A stretch of DNA of 64,000 bases. It comes from Neoechinorhynchus agilis (Eukaryota; Animalia; Acanthocephala). The position numbers were made by a program, and so were the translations under genes. Shown in pieces: positions 34,760 to 47,700 of this stretch. Positions within the stretch are counted from its first letter, which is position 1. Every line of letters starts with the position of its first letter. Location: contig CM121342.1 of the NCBI GenBank assembly GCA_051530055.1, forward strand, positions 7,448,691 through 7,512,690. Reading direction: 5' to 3'. The notes under the pieces were generated by a model. That model ran no database searches, was not told the DNA's origin, and saw only the letters and a program-made list of their open reading frames with translations.

Positions 34760-35329
34760 AGCTTTTTCTAAAAAAACTCGTGCTGTGATTGAAATCATTT
34801 GGATGTTTTTCAATTATCCGGGATAAAACATTTGTATTCATTGAGCTCTAGCGTATTAAACACTTGCAAACAATGCTTGATAAGGAGGTAGAGGCCTCGA
34901 AAATTTGCATGTAAATAAATCTCGAGCAGGGAAAAACTCGCCACACTTGCAAACAATTTTATATGGAACGTAATGTATACTTCGTATTGATTTCAACGAC
35001 AATCTTAATCATCCCTCAAAATTCTGGTCTCCGGTTTCAATCAAATCTGAAATAAGACTCGCACATTACAGTTTCCATCAGTTCATACGACCCTTGACGA
35101 ATTTTAAATAAACTGTTTAATCAAAGTGAATGAGCATTATCTCTAAAATAGATTCAAAAACGCATTAGCCGGAAATCTTCTCCCAAAGCTTCCTCACGAA
35201 GTTAAAGTATTGCCTCTTCTTAATGCTCAAGTTTCATTTCTTCAAAAATAAAAATATCAACTCAATAAAATAAGTTCGCATCATAAAATTATGCAGACCC
35301 GCGAAATAATTATTGCAAACAATTAACTT

Positions 35330-37050
35330 ACAAGCAATCGGCATGTTAACGATTCCACTGCCGTCCCCTCGCTCCACTCGAGACTTAGCCATCCCAGCAA
35401 AACCACGATTCGCCGCATGTCGCACCGTCCACGCCCGACGCTGCGGACACAGACGCCCTCAACGCACCAATTGTTAATCACGCGGATCACGAGAGGACCG
35501 ACGCTGCAAATTCACAAAATCGACTTTGATCCGAAGAACCCGTAGATAAGAAGCAACAAACAGAAATTCCAGGTACTCTGGGAGGTGAGGCCAATGCTGC
35601 CCGATATCCGAATGTCTCGACACTTACGAAAGAGGGAGAATTTTGGACTCACGGCCCAAGGGATTCCCGATGTGTTGGTTCCGGCCTTCTGCTAGCAAAC
35701 TCTGCTCCTCAGCTCAGTGAACCTCTTCAGAGCATCCAAAACATCGTCCATTGCACCCCTTCGTTGCTGCAGATCGTGCGCTGCCCAGAAACATCCTGAA
35801 GCCGATCCCGAAGGGCGCTCGATTTCAGGTAGCGAAGAAGCCCTGATGAGCGACTGTCTCGAGATAAATACCGAAATATCTTGGACACGTCTTTTCGCTT
35901 TCCCGAGACTGGTGTGCTGGAGTACCATCTGACGAGTCCCTTGTTACCCTCATCAAAAACCGGGTGTCCTCCTTCGACAATTCGTTTGGAGAGGTTCTAC
36001 GCAAAGCTCGCGTTTTTAGGGGAGATTTCTCAAAGCCACCGAATCCGAGCCGAGTTTCAACCCGTTCAATGATCCAGAGAGTGCCTTTTAAATTCGCCGA
36101 TGGTGAGGCGCAGTTCGCATTCTATCATCCACCAACGAATTCGCAAGAGATGATACGAAAACTCACGAACTTCTCAGATTCGGAGATGATCCCCTCGTGC
36201 ACCCCGTTGAAGTTTTCGGTTGATGTTGCTAAAAAAGCCGTTTCTTCGTTCGCAAATGGGTCAGCCAATGGGCTAGGCGGGCTTCGGCCTCAGCACCTAA
36301 AGGACATGATGTCCTTCTCCGTAGGTGATCCATCCCATGTTCTCCTGAAAGCCTTGACTCGGTTAGTCGGCGTTTTCTCTCGAGACAACCTGTTCTCTAA
36401 AGCGATCGAATTCTTTTTTGGCGCTTCCCTCTGCGCTTTAGAAAAGAAGGACGGTGGAATTCGTCCCATCGGGATTGGTTCTACATTGAGACGACCAGCA
36501 GGGAAAGCGATTTCTAGGTGAGTCTCAGAAGGTGTCGCCTAAATTCTTCGTCCAGTTCAACTAGGTTTCTGCATACCTTGCGGAGCGGAAGCCAAGGTCG
36601 ACGCACTCCGTACATTTGTTATTGAGAACGTCAAACCGTGTTTGATCCTGAAATTAGATTTCCGGAACGCCTTCAATTCCGTTAATCGTAACTCGCTCTT
36701 AAAGGCTCTGAGCTGCGACACGATCACATCATTCCTTCCGAACGAGGCGTTCAGCAGGGAGACTCCTTAGGTCCCATTGGTTTCGCGCTCACAATAAACG
36801 AATTAGCGCATTCTCCTGATGCCGAATTCAATGCTTGGTACCTGGACGATGCTACGCAGGGAGGCGATCCCCAGGTAGTTGTCCGTGACCTGGAGAAAAT
36901 CAAGATGGGGGAAGCAAGCTAGGCATTGAATTGAACACAGAAAAGTTCGAAATTCTATTCTGTAACATAGAGACGGGCCCTGCAAAAGACGTACTTGCGG
37001 GGCGGAAGCCATAGTCCACACACTCCGTACATTTGTTATTGAGAACGTTA
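35330..37050 (+). mobile_element. CRE-like (RLE-class) non-LTR retrotransposon, N-terminal and RT parts, degenerate
   Basis: W.RLFAF; GSANGLGGLRPQHLKD; LEKKDGGIRPIGIG; LKLDFRNAFNSV; VQQGDSLGP; WYLDD. Confidence 0.85.
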
Positions 37051-37052
37051 AA

Positions 37053-37418
37053 CGCATACGGATATTGCCGATCCCTCCCCCGCCGCTCGTCGATTAGATT
37101 CTGACATTGAATAGTGCAAAATTGCTTCGAAGAATCTCTCCGATTTTGCCACCGTCGTTATTCGTCCGGATCCTTTATTTATCCCGTGTTTTTCGGTCAA
37201 TTAATTCATTCTTCAAAATATTCATCATTCCACGTCGTTGAATGCATTAATTACACAACCGGGAAATGCTAAACTTTTCATGGTACTTTTTAATTCAATG
37301 TCTTATCAATCATTATCCTTTGCTTTTTTCGAAGATGTCCGAAGTGCTTTCGAATGAAACATAAAGTTGTGTTTAATTTTTTGTCTAATCTAGTTACTCG
37401 GTTCGTCGTTTTTATCAT
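37053..37418 (+). repeat. Dispersed repeat of about 365 bp, copy 1
   Basis: Near-identical to about 40731-41096 (ggatattgccgatccc..ttagttactcggttcgtcgttttt). Confidence 0.9.
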
Positions 37419-37493
37419 ATTTTTAAAATTATCCTTTATCGCCAAAAAGTTCGATGAGTTTTCTTTTATAAAAAAATAACGTTGCTTCTTTGT

Positions 37494-37690
37494 CATTCAA
37501 GACTCATTGGCGAAACGGACAAGATCAATTATCGCGTCTTTTCAGTGTGAAGTTTGCGCCGTTTTCATCGAACAATAAACCCCTTAAAACTTAAAACACT
37601 GTCACATCTATTTAACTGGGGAATTTTTGGACCATTTGACTGGAACGACGAAAATACCTTTAAGCATTCAAGACTCATTGGCGAAACCAA
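37494..37690. repeat. Isolated monomer of the 172-bp satellite
   Basis: cattcaagactcattggcgaaacgg..gcattcaagactcattggcgaaac; matches 46629-47343. Confidence 0.85.
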
Positions 37691-39228
37691 CAAAATGGTT
37701 TTTTTACGAAGAAGCAACCTCCGTATTATTGTTCCGATTTCTATGGGTTATTCAAGTAACTGAGATCGCTGACGATCGTCGCAAAATTACATTTCCTTGG
37801 ACATTAATAAAGCGGAATCCATGAGAGCTATTTATAGGCAAAAAGACTAACCGCCCTTTTCGCTGTTAAAACCTTTCTTGATCTGCGAGATAACTTTTAG
37901 ACGAGAGCTGTACTCGTGATTCCGGAAAAAAGATTGATATTTCGCATAGAGCAAGACGGTGCTGATAGAGTAGGACAAATTCTGGGATATTGTTCAAGAG
38001 ATCCTGCGACTCAATGCGACTATGAAAAAAGAGTGCGAGGTGCAATAATTTCAATAGATATTTTGTTCCACATTCTCCAGTAAAAAACACAATTCCAAAT
38101 CACTAATCAAATCGCGAATGCACCACGCAAATCTCAACTCTCGATATTTGTTGATTGTTTATAGTATTCTTGTTAACTCAGTAATAATTAGGACGTTAGT
38201 TCTTTGAAGATAGGACCCGGTCGATTTTACGTGCCTTTCGAAGAACTATCATTAACGTTCAGAACTTTATATAGTAAATTTCAAGAAAAGTGAACACTAC
38301 TTGAGTTGTAGACTTTAACTCATGAACATCTTCAGGCGCAATTCCGTGATTTAAGATCAATTCTGCTTGTCACTCGAAACAAAGGCGAGCATAAATTGAA
38401 GCCTGAAACAATTTCTCACCGTGCCACCCAAATTCAAGATAGATTTTTTTGGGAGACTATCATTCTGATTAATTTTTTCTTAAGTGTTTAGAACGTTCCT
38501 TACTTGGCGTTTTCCTAACCGAAATCTTGGATAAAGGATTGTGTGATTAAAGCACCCTTCCGGATAGTCAGGTACCTTTCCAGGATTAGAGACCTCCTCC
38601 CTTCAGCGAGGTATTTCATCCCCTTTGCTTCTGAGTAATCGGCGATCGTGGATTTAAACTTTCTTTTTTGAAAGAACATAGTTTTTTATGTATTGTTCAG
38701 TGAGCCCATTTGAAATTTCATATTATATAATCCTTGGTATGAGTGAGTCTTTTTTGAAAATTAAGAAACTCTGACGGTAATCCTTCATCCAACTGAGGGT
38801 TAAAAGGCTTCAAATCCTAATTTGTAGTTTCTTGGAAAACTGGTTGGCCCAGTTTTTCTTCGGGAAAGTGCGAAAAGTAGTAAACGATGAGATTGGGCCC
38901 TCAAAGATGTGATCCAGAATCAGCGGAAGCTTTAAAACGGTGAAACTCGATACAATAATCCTCTCCATTTTTATTAATTTCCAATTTTACTTCGATTGCT
39001 GATTTCCAAGGAGCACACGGGAAGTTAATGATTAAAATCGAATTGTTCCGCTTCTCCATATCGACCGAAAAGAAGACAAATTTTATACGTTGAGGTATTT
39101 AAGCGATCACTTGTTTTCCAAAAAGATTCTTGTTGATTATTATTCTGTTTTGGAGTTTGTCATCGATTGTTGTAATCGATTCATCGTTCAAAAGTCAAAT
39201 TTTTTCCTTCTCTCCGTCCAAAGACAAA

Positions 39229-39783
39229 ATGATCGCTCTTCTCTGTTTGATCGCTTTCATTTCAGTTGGATTCAGCAAAGGAAATGAAAGACGCCAAAGC
39301 CGAGACTTGACATCGGCTGATTGCGAGGAAATATTCGAAAAGATCAAAGAAACCATTCGCTATGAGGATAAATTTATAGATTTTCTGAAAAGGTTATGCG
39401 GCATCGGAGATCGAAAAATCATGGATTATAAAGAAGAAATATCGAACAAATCTATTTTGGTGATGTACTACAAAGACCCTAATGGAGATCAAGAGGAAAC
39501 ACTTAACGAAATAAAGAATATCGCCAATGACCCAAAATACAACGGTACTATTGGAGTTTGTGCATACAACACTGAATTTGAGCCGAATCTAATTTCGATC
39601 GCGGCTTTGAAATCGAAAGACCGCACGCTGGAAAAAAGTCCTTTGAAGCCATATAATCAGACGGAATTTGTGAACGATCTTCATGATTTCTACGATCTTT
39701 ATCGTCGAGGACTTCTTTCTAATGAAACGGAGGAATTGAAGAATATTTTACAGAACTTTAGACGGCATTCAATAGCCAAATAG
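39229..39783 (+). CDS. Secreted orphan protein, about 184 aa, intronless
   Basis: Signal-like MIALLCLIAFISVGFSKG; open ORF; AATAAA about 30 nt after the stop. Confidence 0.65.
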   Translation: MIALLCLIAFISVGFSKGNERRQSRDLTSADCEEIFEKIKETIRYEDKFIDFLKRLCGIGDRKIMDYKEEISNKSILVMYYKDPNGDQEETLNEIKNIANDPKYNGTIGVCAYNTEFEPNLISIAALKSKDRTLEKSPLKPYNQTEFVNDLHDFYDLYRRGLLSNETEELKNILQNFRRHSIAK

Positions 39784-40019
39784 TTTCGATGGCTGTTTCC
39801 ATCGATAGTAAAAAATAAATAGTTTGGCATTCATTTTGTTTTTAATGGTAATTTGAAAATGATAACGAACACATTAAAAGTTCCCAAAGAAGCAGAAATT
39901 TTTACTGTTCTCAATTTAAATTCAATCAGCGCTTTTTATATATGGAAAATTATCGACAATGGACCATAAGGAACAATTTGTTAAATTTTTTTGTATTTTT
40001 ATGGGGTTTTTAGGATGAA

Positions 40020-40430
40020 CGCTAAATTCTAAAATACCAATAATTTATTTCTACACATAAAAAAGCACCTAAAAGGCGACCCGGTAAATCGCATTGATTA
40101 CAAAATTTATCTTTATAACTTCGATACGAATTTTAGAAATAAAAAACTCGAAATAATGTCTAAGTAACCGAAATCTTTTCTATTATCTCATTGAAAGAAG
40201 GTTTTATTTTCTACTACAGATATTTTTTCATAAAACATCAAAGAGATTGCAACTTTGATAAATCTCAAACATCGATAAATCCGATTTTTTTTAGGTTGAA
40301 CGCAAAGTAGCAAAATTCTAAAATACCAATAATTTATTCCTACACATAAAAAAGCACCTAAAAAACGACCCGGTAAATCGCATTGATTACCAAATTCATC
40401 TTTATAACTTCGATACGAATTTTTGAACGC
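40020..40430 (-). repeat. Inverted copy (about 1.5 units) of the 288-bp satellite at 57957-58690
   Basis: aaattctaaaataccaataatttatt recurs about 289 bp apart and is the reverse complement of the 58-kb unit. Confidence 0.88.
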
Positions 40431-40730
40431 TAAAATTAAAAGCGTTCATATATTGTTTTTAGGTAATTCTTTAATTTTTTACCTGGTAAAGATAGCATGA
40501 TAAAATCGTTATTTAAAACCATCAAATTCATAAATTGGGCAGGAAATGCATTATTCGACTATTTCCTCTTGAGTCAAATGGAAACATTAGTAAATTATGA
40601 AATATCGCGACTAACAAGTTCGTTGACGGTACTGAAACGTTAAGCTGCTTTCTTTTTTAAAGGTCCGAGGAAAGGATGTTCTATAAACACAGGATCAATA
40701 GAACCGGATTGCCAGTAAAAACTAAAGTTC

Positions 40731-41096
40731 GCATAAGGATATTGCCGATCCCTCCCCCGCCGCTCGTCGATTAGATTCTGACATTGAATGATGCAAAATT
40801 TCTTCGAAGAATCTCTCCGATTTTGCCACCGTCGTTATTCGTCCGGATCCTTTATTTATCCCGTGTTTTTCGGTCAATTAATTCATTCTTCAAAATATTC
40901 ATCATTCCACGTCGTTGAATGCATTAATTACACAACCGGGAAATGCTAAACTTTTCATGGTACTTTTTAATTCAATGTCTTATCAATCATTATCCTTTGC
41001 TTTTTTCGAAGATGTCCGAAGTGCTTTCGAATGAAACATAAAGTTGTGTTTAATTTTTTGTCTAATCTAGTTACTCGGTTCGTCGTTTTTTATCAT
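40731..41096 (+). repeat. Dispersed repeat of about 365 bp, copy 2
   Basis: Near-identical to 37053-37418. Confidence 0.9.
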
Positions 41097-41399
41097 CTAG
41101 TTACTCGGTTCGTCGCTTTTTATCAGTCTTACTTAGGTTTAGGTCTAACCCCACAAATACTAAGTTCATTTTAAACTCTCGTTATTTGAGGTTGGTGGTG
41201 ACAAAAATGATCAGCTGAAATAGAAGATATTCATTTGTGAAACACGATGTCAACTTGGAAATCCACTTGTTAAAGAAGATTTGTTAACGCTTCTCAAGGG
41301 TTAATTTTAATATAACTATTTTCAAGAGTACTTTTTGAACGAACCAAAACGCTATATAAATTTTTAAGACATTTTACAATTTTGATTGTTAATCGACAT

Positions 41400-42940
41400 G
41401 GAAAACTCAATGTCGCGTAATTTTTTTGTTAAAAAAATGGCGTTCCGAACAATGATCAAAATAATCAAGATTCTATTGATCGGTGGCCTCCGGATGACCG
41501 TGGAGGGGAATAGATGGATGAGGATTATAAAGTTAGCGACCGGGAAGGTAATAGGGAAGTTATGTTGAAGGATAACGTCGTGGTGGAGGTTGTTTTAGAG
41601 AGTAATGGGTTGTCGGCTCCCTCCCACCACGGTGAATGTTTAGTAGATTCAGTATTTAAAGGTGTTTTTCGGTTGCCGAGAAGGAGAGATGATTTTGTTT
41701 TGAAGATCAATAGAGGATTTAGGAGACTTGACGACAAGTGGTTTGACGAAGATATATTTTTCGGAAGGTTTGAAACCTAATAACTTTAGTGGTGACAGAA
41801 GATATCAAATTAAAAAATGTTTTACTACTAAGTGGGCGGTGCTAATGATTTTCCTGGAAGTTGAAGGAATGAAACTATTTGAGGAGCTCCTTCGCAGTAA
41901 AAATATTAGGTATAAAAATATATCAAGGAGAGTATCAGTTTTGGTGTTAAACCCTCCGCCAAACATGTCGAAAGATGAGTTTATATTATTCCAAAACACT
42001 TTTGGTCTTGTGCCAATTAAATATTTGAAAAGGAGTCCTTCTTCGAAGCCTTATGCTTTACTTGTATCGGGCTCGCAGGATGAGGTAGACAAGGTCCAGG
42101 GGAGATATTTTGGGTTTATGGCATATTGGATTAATTTCGTATCCCGCCAATCGGAGCCGAGTGGTGACCCTCACAACACAATTAATTCCAGTACTTTGTG
42201 TTCAGTTAAACGTGCAAATTGTTTAGGAAATCATGGGGCATATCGACGCACTTGTATGGCAGCGCTGAGTTATTGGAAGATGGCGAAGCCGGGTAATTAT
42301 ATGAAGGGTTATAGTTGGTTTAAACGGAAAGTGGAAAAGGAGTTGGGGAAAAATGGTCTTCAAGGAGAGGATAAGGTTATGAAAAATAATTTTCAGGTAG
42401 AAGATAAGGTTAAGGAGGGGTTGGAAATGCTTAAAGAGAGGGCTGGTAGTTTAAATAAGAAATTTGAGAAGGATAAAATAATTTGTGATTTATTGAATCA
42501 AGAATGCGGAAAATAATAAGGAGGTTTATGAGGTAATTAAAAAGGTTTAGGAGAAATTGATGATGGGTAAGCGGTGTGCTTCAGGTGAAAAAGAGGATGA
42601 ACCTGGTAATAAGGAGGATGGGTTGTCATCGCATGGCCCGATTAGAAAGATGGATAGGCATGTTAATGGTCGGCATAAAGGCCGTTTTCGCTAAATATCT
42701 TAAAATGCTTAATGTTAATTTACTTACTTGTATGATGAATAATTTATATTAATTTCTTATAATGTGTCTAGAGCCTTGGGTTTGTAGGAGAATATTTGTT
42801 TAGCGGGTCGACTAGATGATGCGGACGTTATTTGCTTTCAAGAAACGGGAAATATGAATCTTGTTAATAGAGGTGATTTGATATCCATTGTGTATTGTTT
42901 GTATGCATCTTATAAAATGAATGAGGATAAAGCGGCAGCG
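41400..42940 (+). mobile_element. Third LINE 5' half (gag-like ORF1 plus APE start), different family
   Basis: CSVKRANCLGNHGAYRRTC degenerate knuckle in ORF 41728-42516; YNVSRALG..DADVICFQETG at about 42760-42850. Confidence 0.6.
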
Positions 42941-43544
42941 ATAATCCTGACTTCAATTCCAAGTTTTATTATCTTTTGGATCGCTGATTTCAATTTCAAA
43001 AATATTCTTACAAGGATTGACTATGGGCATTAAGTACGGAAGGGAACCTTTAGCTTTCATTGCGATGTGCAAGGCGCAAGTTGGGACTATAAATCTATAT
43101 CTGACGTTATTTCTATGATTGAAGTACCCAACCCTCATTCAAGGAGGTTGGATTCGGAAAGTTTACTACTGGGATTCGCATTGAACTGCAAAATTATTCG
43201 TTGCGGTATCGAAATGTCGATACAGTTCGAAAGATGATGTGCGTGAAGGCGTTATTAAATACAGATTTGTTCCCAAAGGCGGTTGAATTTATTGCACAAT
43301 TTGACCCGAACATCCTGTACTTTATTGGTTAACGATTACTGCGGAAACACAATTAACGAAGAATTTTCTTTGAAACAGTATCGAACCAATGCAGATGGAA
43401 TCTGATTTCTGGCCGATAAACGGGCTTAGAGAATGGCTGGCCAGTGCGATGATGTTGTCATGTTTTTATCGGTCGTGATCGAGTTGCATAGTAAACTCGA
43501 CCGCCATTAGGCACAAATCCGTATTTAATCACATTATCAAACAT

Positions 43545-44030
43545 ATTCAAAATCATTTGTCTGACGGCATCGTTCATTCCGCAACGCACCCCGTTGAACC
43601 ATCGGGATCCCATGGTCTCGTCTGTCGGCAATCAGGCGGAAGGTACTCGCGACACGTCGAAGTGAACGCAATTCTTAGCCGCACCTTGAATACTGGTCAA
43701 TGCGTCCAACATCCTAGAGCCGAGCAATCGCTGTATTCCAGTGGCGAGGAAAGGTAAATGCATTCTCTGGGACGTCACGCTCACAGCAGTCGAGATCATT
43801 ATTTTGTTCGGTTTGGCGTCGAGACACTCGGGTCGTTTAGTACCACGGCACAGGATCTGGTCAATCAATTGTCCAAGAGATTGAGACGAATCACTGGCGA
43901 TAAGAGATCAGGAGCATTCCTCCCACAAAACATAAGCATGGCTGTGCAACGGGGGGGGGACGCTTCATCCGCCTTTTCGACTGTTACACCAGGACGACTC
44001 CGGAGTGATCCAGAGCGGTGGTGTCAATGA
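43545..44030 (+). mobile_element. CRE-like C-terminal RLE fragment
   Basis: GSHGLVCRQSGGRYSRHVEVNAIL; FGVETLGSF..FLPQNISMAVQRG. Confidence 0.85.
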
Positions 44031-44539
44031 TTTTTGGCTCCGATATTCTGAAGGTTATGTTAATAAGCGTCCGTATATTTTACTTTAATTTCTTTAAGTA
44101 TTCTCACAAAGAGTTCCATGCCCCTTCTGAACTTGTAAAAAATATTAAACAAGCCCATCGAGTACTTATTTGTTTCAGAATCTGAAACTATCTGTGTTTG
44201 TTTTAGTTTCTAGGAACCATGAAATCCCGAAAAAATCTCTTGACCAAATCATAACAGGAATTATTCATCATATTATCTCTTTTTTTTGCGAATGAAAAAA
44301 TTCTCTTTTAATCATGGGATTCTCGGAATTACATCCTTCGACAAACGATCTTTTAACAACTGAGTACTCGGGTAGAGGACAGGCAACGCGTTAACATCTA
44401 TAACCTTCCTAGTTGTTAAAAAATCGTTTATCGAGGATTTAATTTCGAGACTCCCAAGATTAAAAGAGAATTTTGGTATTCGCATAAAAAGCGAGAATAT
44501 GATGAATAATTCCAGTTACTTTTTCGGCCGAATCATTCC

Positions 44540-45480
44540 GTCCAATTTCCATTCTGCCCCCTCTTTCATAAATCATCGAAAAATGTTTTTAATCTCGCCT
44601 TCGTTCACTTCTTAACGACAATTTATCGCCTCTACAATTCGGCTTCCGGCCTAAATTTTCTACAAGCGACGCCGTACGTTGCATTTATGACATGCTACTC
44701 CGTTACCTCGACAATAATCCCTCCTACTTCACCCCCCTCATTCAACTTGATTTATCTAAAGCCTTCGACTTAGTTGACCATTCACTCCTTCTTCGGGCCT
44801 GCTCCGATTTTTGTCTCAACTTGTGGCAGATCCGCTGGCTAGAATCTTATCTTTACAATCGCAAACAATACATTCACTGCCGTTCTACCTCCGCTATCAG
44901 CCTAGCCCTCAACAAAGGCCCTCTCACTCTAAACTCTTCTTATACGCCGACGATCTCATCCTCATCACCCATTCACCACCCCAGCTCTCCATCTCCTTAA
45001 GCTCTAACGAAATCAAACGCATAAAAGATTTCTGCACCAATCACAAACTTTACCTTAATTTCTCTAAATGCTTCGAAATGATTCCTTCACTCTCCCACAA
45101 CCCCACATCTTCCCCCGAGATTCTGAATGACATCCTACGAGTAAACTTCCTAAGAATTCTGGGTATCCAATTTCAATAAAATTTGGAATGGGACTCGCAA
45201 ATCACTCTCGCCGTCAAGAACAACGCCTTTAAAATTTATCTCTTCAAACGCCTCCGACATGTAGGAATCCCTTCAATCGATCTCTACAAATTTTACTTCT
45301 ACTTTATTTTACCTTCCCTCACCTACGGTAATCCTGTCTTTTACAACCTTTCCAAATCGCCAATCCGTCGTCTTGAAATTCTTCACAAAGGAGCATCTAA
45401 AATTTGCACAACTGACTTTCCCCTAACACACCCCCTGCGGTCCAATGCGAGTCACAGTAGTAGATTTCCCGGAACCTTCC
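44540..45480 (+). mobile_element. L2/CR1-like RT 3' fragment
   Basis: IQLDLSKAFDLVDHSLLL, LYADDLIL, LRILGIQF, FILPSLTYG. Confidence 0.85.
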
Positions 45481-46007
45481 TCAGGAAATGAGGTTTTGGT
45501 ATTACATTTTGTAGAAGTGACGTCCGATTTAAATTTAGGTTCTTAATTTACTTCCTGCATAACATTTTCCACTATTAATTGAGGTGATGAGCAAAATGTT
45601 GGTACTTGCCATAATCATTTACCGGGTGTAGACTAAAACAATAATTCCCATTATATAATTGCGTTCAATATCATCGGAGATAATTCCGAGAGCCTAATTA
45701 CACCTCTTCTAAGCAATGGGAAATTGACTAAATTATGTCATAAGAAAAATTATTACAAATCGCGTTTGTCATCTTCGTACTGAGCTCACGAATATTTTAA
45801 AATAATTCGAATCGCTATAGATAACGAAGCGTAAACATTATTGCGATATATTTTAAACTTGTTCATATTTTAGAAACAATAAAGCGAGCTTTAAATCTTA
45901 CTTTTCAAACTGGCGAATGCAAGGTTGCGTTTGAGTTGTTCATTTTTTCGGAAAGATTTTTATTCACAAAATAAAGGCTTATTTAATTTTTGTGGTGAAC
46001 AAATATT

Positions 46008-46487
46008 TCAGAAAATTCGACAAGGATGCATTCGTCCCATTAAAATCGACTGTCTAACTTTATGTTCTAAGATGTATTTCCAATGAGGTTGAAGTTTCCG
46101 CTGCAGTTCATAAAGGTCCGCATCCCAAAAAGAGGGAGCATAAGAACTAGCAACATTAAACGAAGAAGCATCAAGCTTTTGATTTGGATCGACTGAATAG
46201 AAGATATGATCACTGCATGCAGTTGTAATTATGTAATCTACCATAACGCAGAAAATCGTAGGTTCCAGGTCTTGTCCAATCTTCATGTTAATACACGACC
46301 TACGTTTAATCCTTAGCTTATTACCACATTGGTCCACATTACGGGATGAATCATATAAATTTTCCTTGAGGACGTCGTAATCAAAACAATCATTGTTCAT
46401 CGTTGTAGAAGACGAAGATCTTCGATGTGTATTTAGAATGGCTAAATCTACGATCGATATGAATCCAAGAAGAAGTAGGAGAATCAT
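46008..46487 (-). CDS. Secreted Cys-rich orphan protein, about 159 aa (copy 1)
   Basis: MILLLLLGFISIVDLA signal; 6 Cys; translation identical to 50845-51324. Confidence 0.7.
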   Translation of the reverse strand: MILLLLLGFISIVDLAILNTHRRSSSSTTMNNDCFDYDVLKENLYDSSRNVDQCGNKLRIKRRSCINMKIGQDLEPTIFCVMVDYIITTACSDHIFYSVDPNQKLDASSFNVASSYAPSFWDADLYELQRKLQPHWKYILEHKVRQSILMGRMHPCRIF

Positions 46488-46628
46488 TGTTGTTTTGTGC
46501 ACCTTTTTACTATGCGATGCGCCATCTTAAATATAAAATTCGTGCTCATTTAACCACAAAAGACTGTCAAGGTTTTTTGGATAATGCACATTTGGGTTTA
46601 TGGACTGAAGCGACGAAAATAGCTTGAA

Positions 46629-47343
46629 GCATTCAAGACTCATTGACGAAACGGACAAGGTGACTTATCGCATTTTTTCAGTGTGAAGTTTGCGTCTTTT
46701 TCATCGAACAATAAAACTCTTTAAAACTTAAAATACTGTCGCATCTATTTAACTGGGGAATTTTTGGACCATTTGACTGAAACGACGAAAATGCCTTAAA
46801 GCATTCAAGACTCATTGACGAAACGGACAAGGTGACTTATCGCATTTTTTCAGTGTGAAGTTTGCGTCTTTTTCATCGAACAATAAAACCCTTTAAAACT
46901 TAAAATACTGTCACGTCTATTTAACTGGGGAATTTTTGGACCATTTGACTGAAACGACGAAAATGCCTTAAAGCATTCAAGACTCATTGACGAAACGGAC
47001 AAGGTGACTTATCGCATTTTTTCAGTGTGAAGTTTGCGTCTTTTTCATCGAACAATAAAACTCTTTAAAACTTAAAATACTGTCACGTCTATTTAACTGG
47101 GGAATTTTTGGACCATTTGACTGAAACGACGAAAATACCTTGAAACATTCAAGACTCATTGACGAAACGGACAAGGTGACTTATCGCATTTTCGGTATGA
47201 AGTTTGCACTTTTTCATCGAACAATAAACCCATTAAAACTTAAAATACTGTCACGTCTATTTAACTGGGGCATTTTTGGACCATTTGACTGAAACGACGA
47301 AAATACCTTTAAGCATTCAAGACTCATTGGCGAAACGGACAAG
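46629..47343. repeat. Tandem satellite, 172-bp unit, about 4.2 copies
   Basis: gcattcaagactcattgacgaaacgg at 46629, 46801, 46973 and onward. Confidence 0.95.
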
Positions 47344-47344
47344 G

Positions 47345-47700
47345 TGTCGAAATTCCTCGATAGTTTCAACATATGGATCTATCTTCCTTTTGAATATTGA
47401 TATGATGACTGCATTCAGTAAGAGTGGTATCTTCAGAGTCCCATATTTTGAGAATGATCAGGTGGAGCTTTGTTCGGACTTCATTTCCTCCTTACTTGAA
47501 CAGTAGAGCGGGTATGTCGTCTCTTCAGAAAGGATTTATTGTTCTTGAGTTGTCTGATGGCTCGTCTCAATTTATCAAGAGTAGGCGTGGAATTTCATTC
47601 GAAATTGCTGGAGGAGACTCAAAGAATCTGGGTATGCTGCTGGTGATGAGTCGAGGAGAGTGCAGAAGTGGTTCCTCTAGCGGTCGCGGATTCCTGTGGA
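47345..47700 (-). mobile_element. Degenerate LINE RT fragment
   Basis: LHLIILKIWDSE..INIQKEDRSIC*NYRGIS, resembling the IFKKGD..C.NYRGIS motif. Confidence 0.55.

Noticed and set aside
41120-41145. TTAGG-like telomeric motif
   Set aside because: Only two imperfect units; expected by chance.
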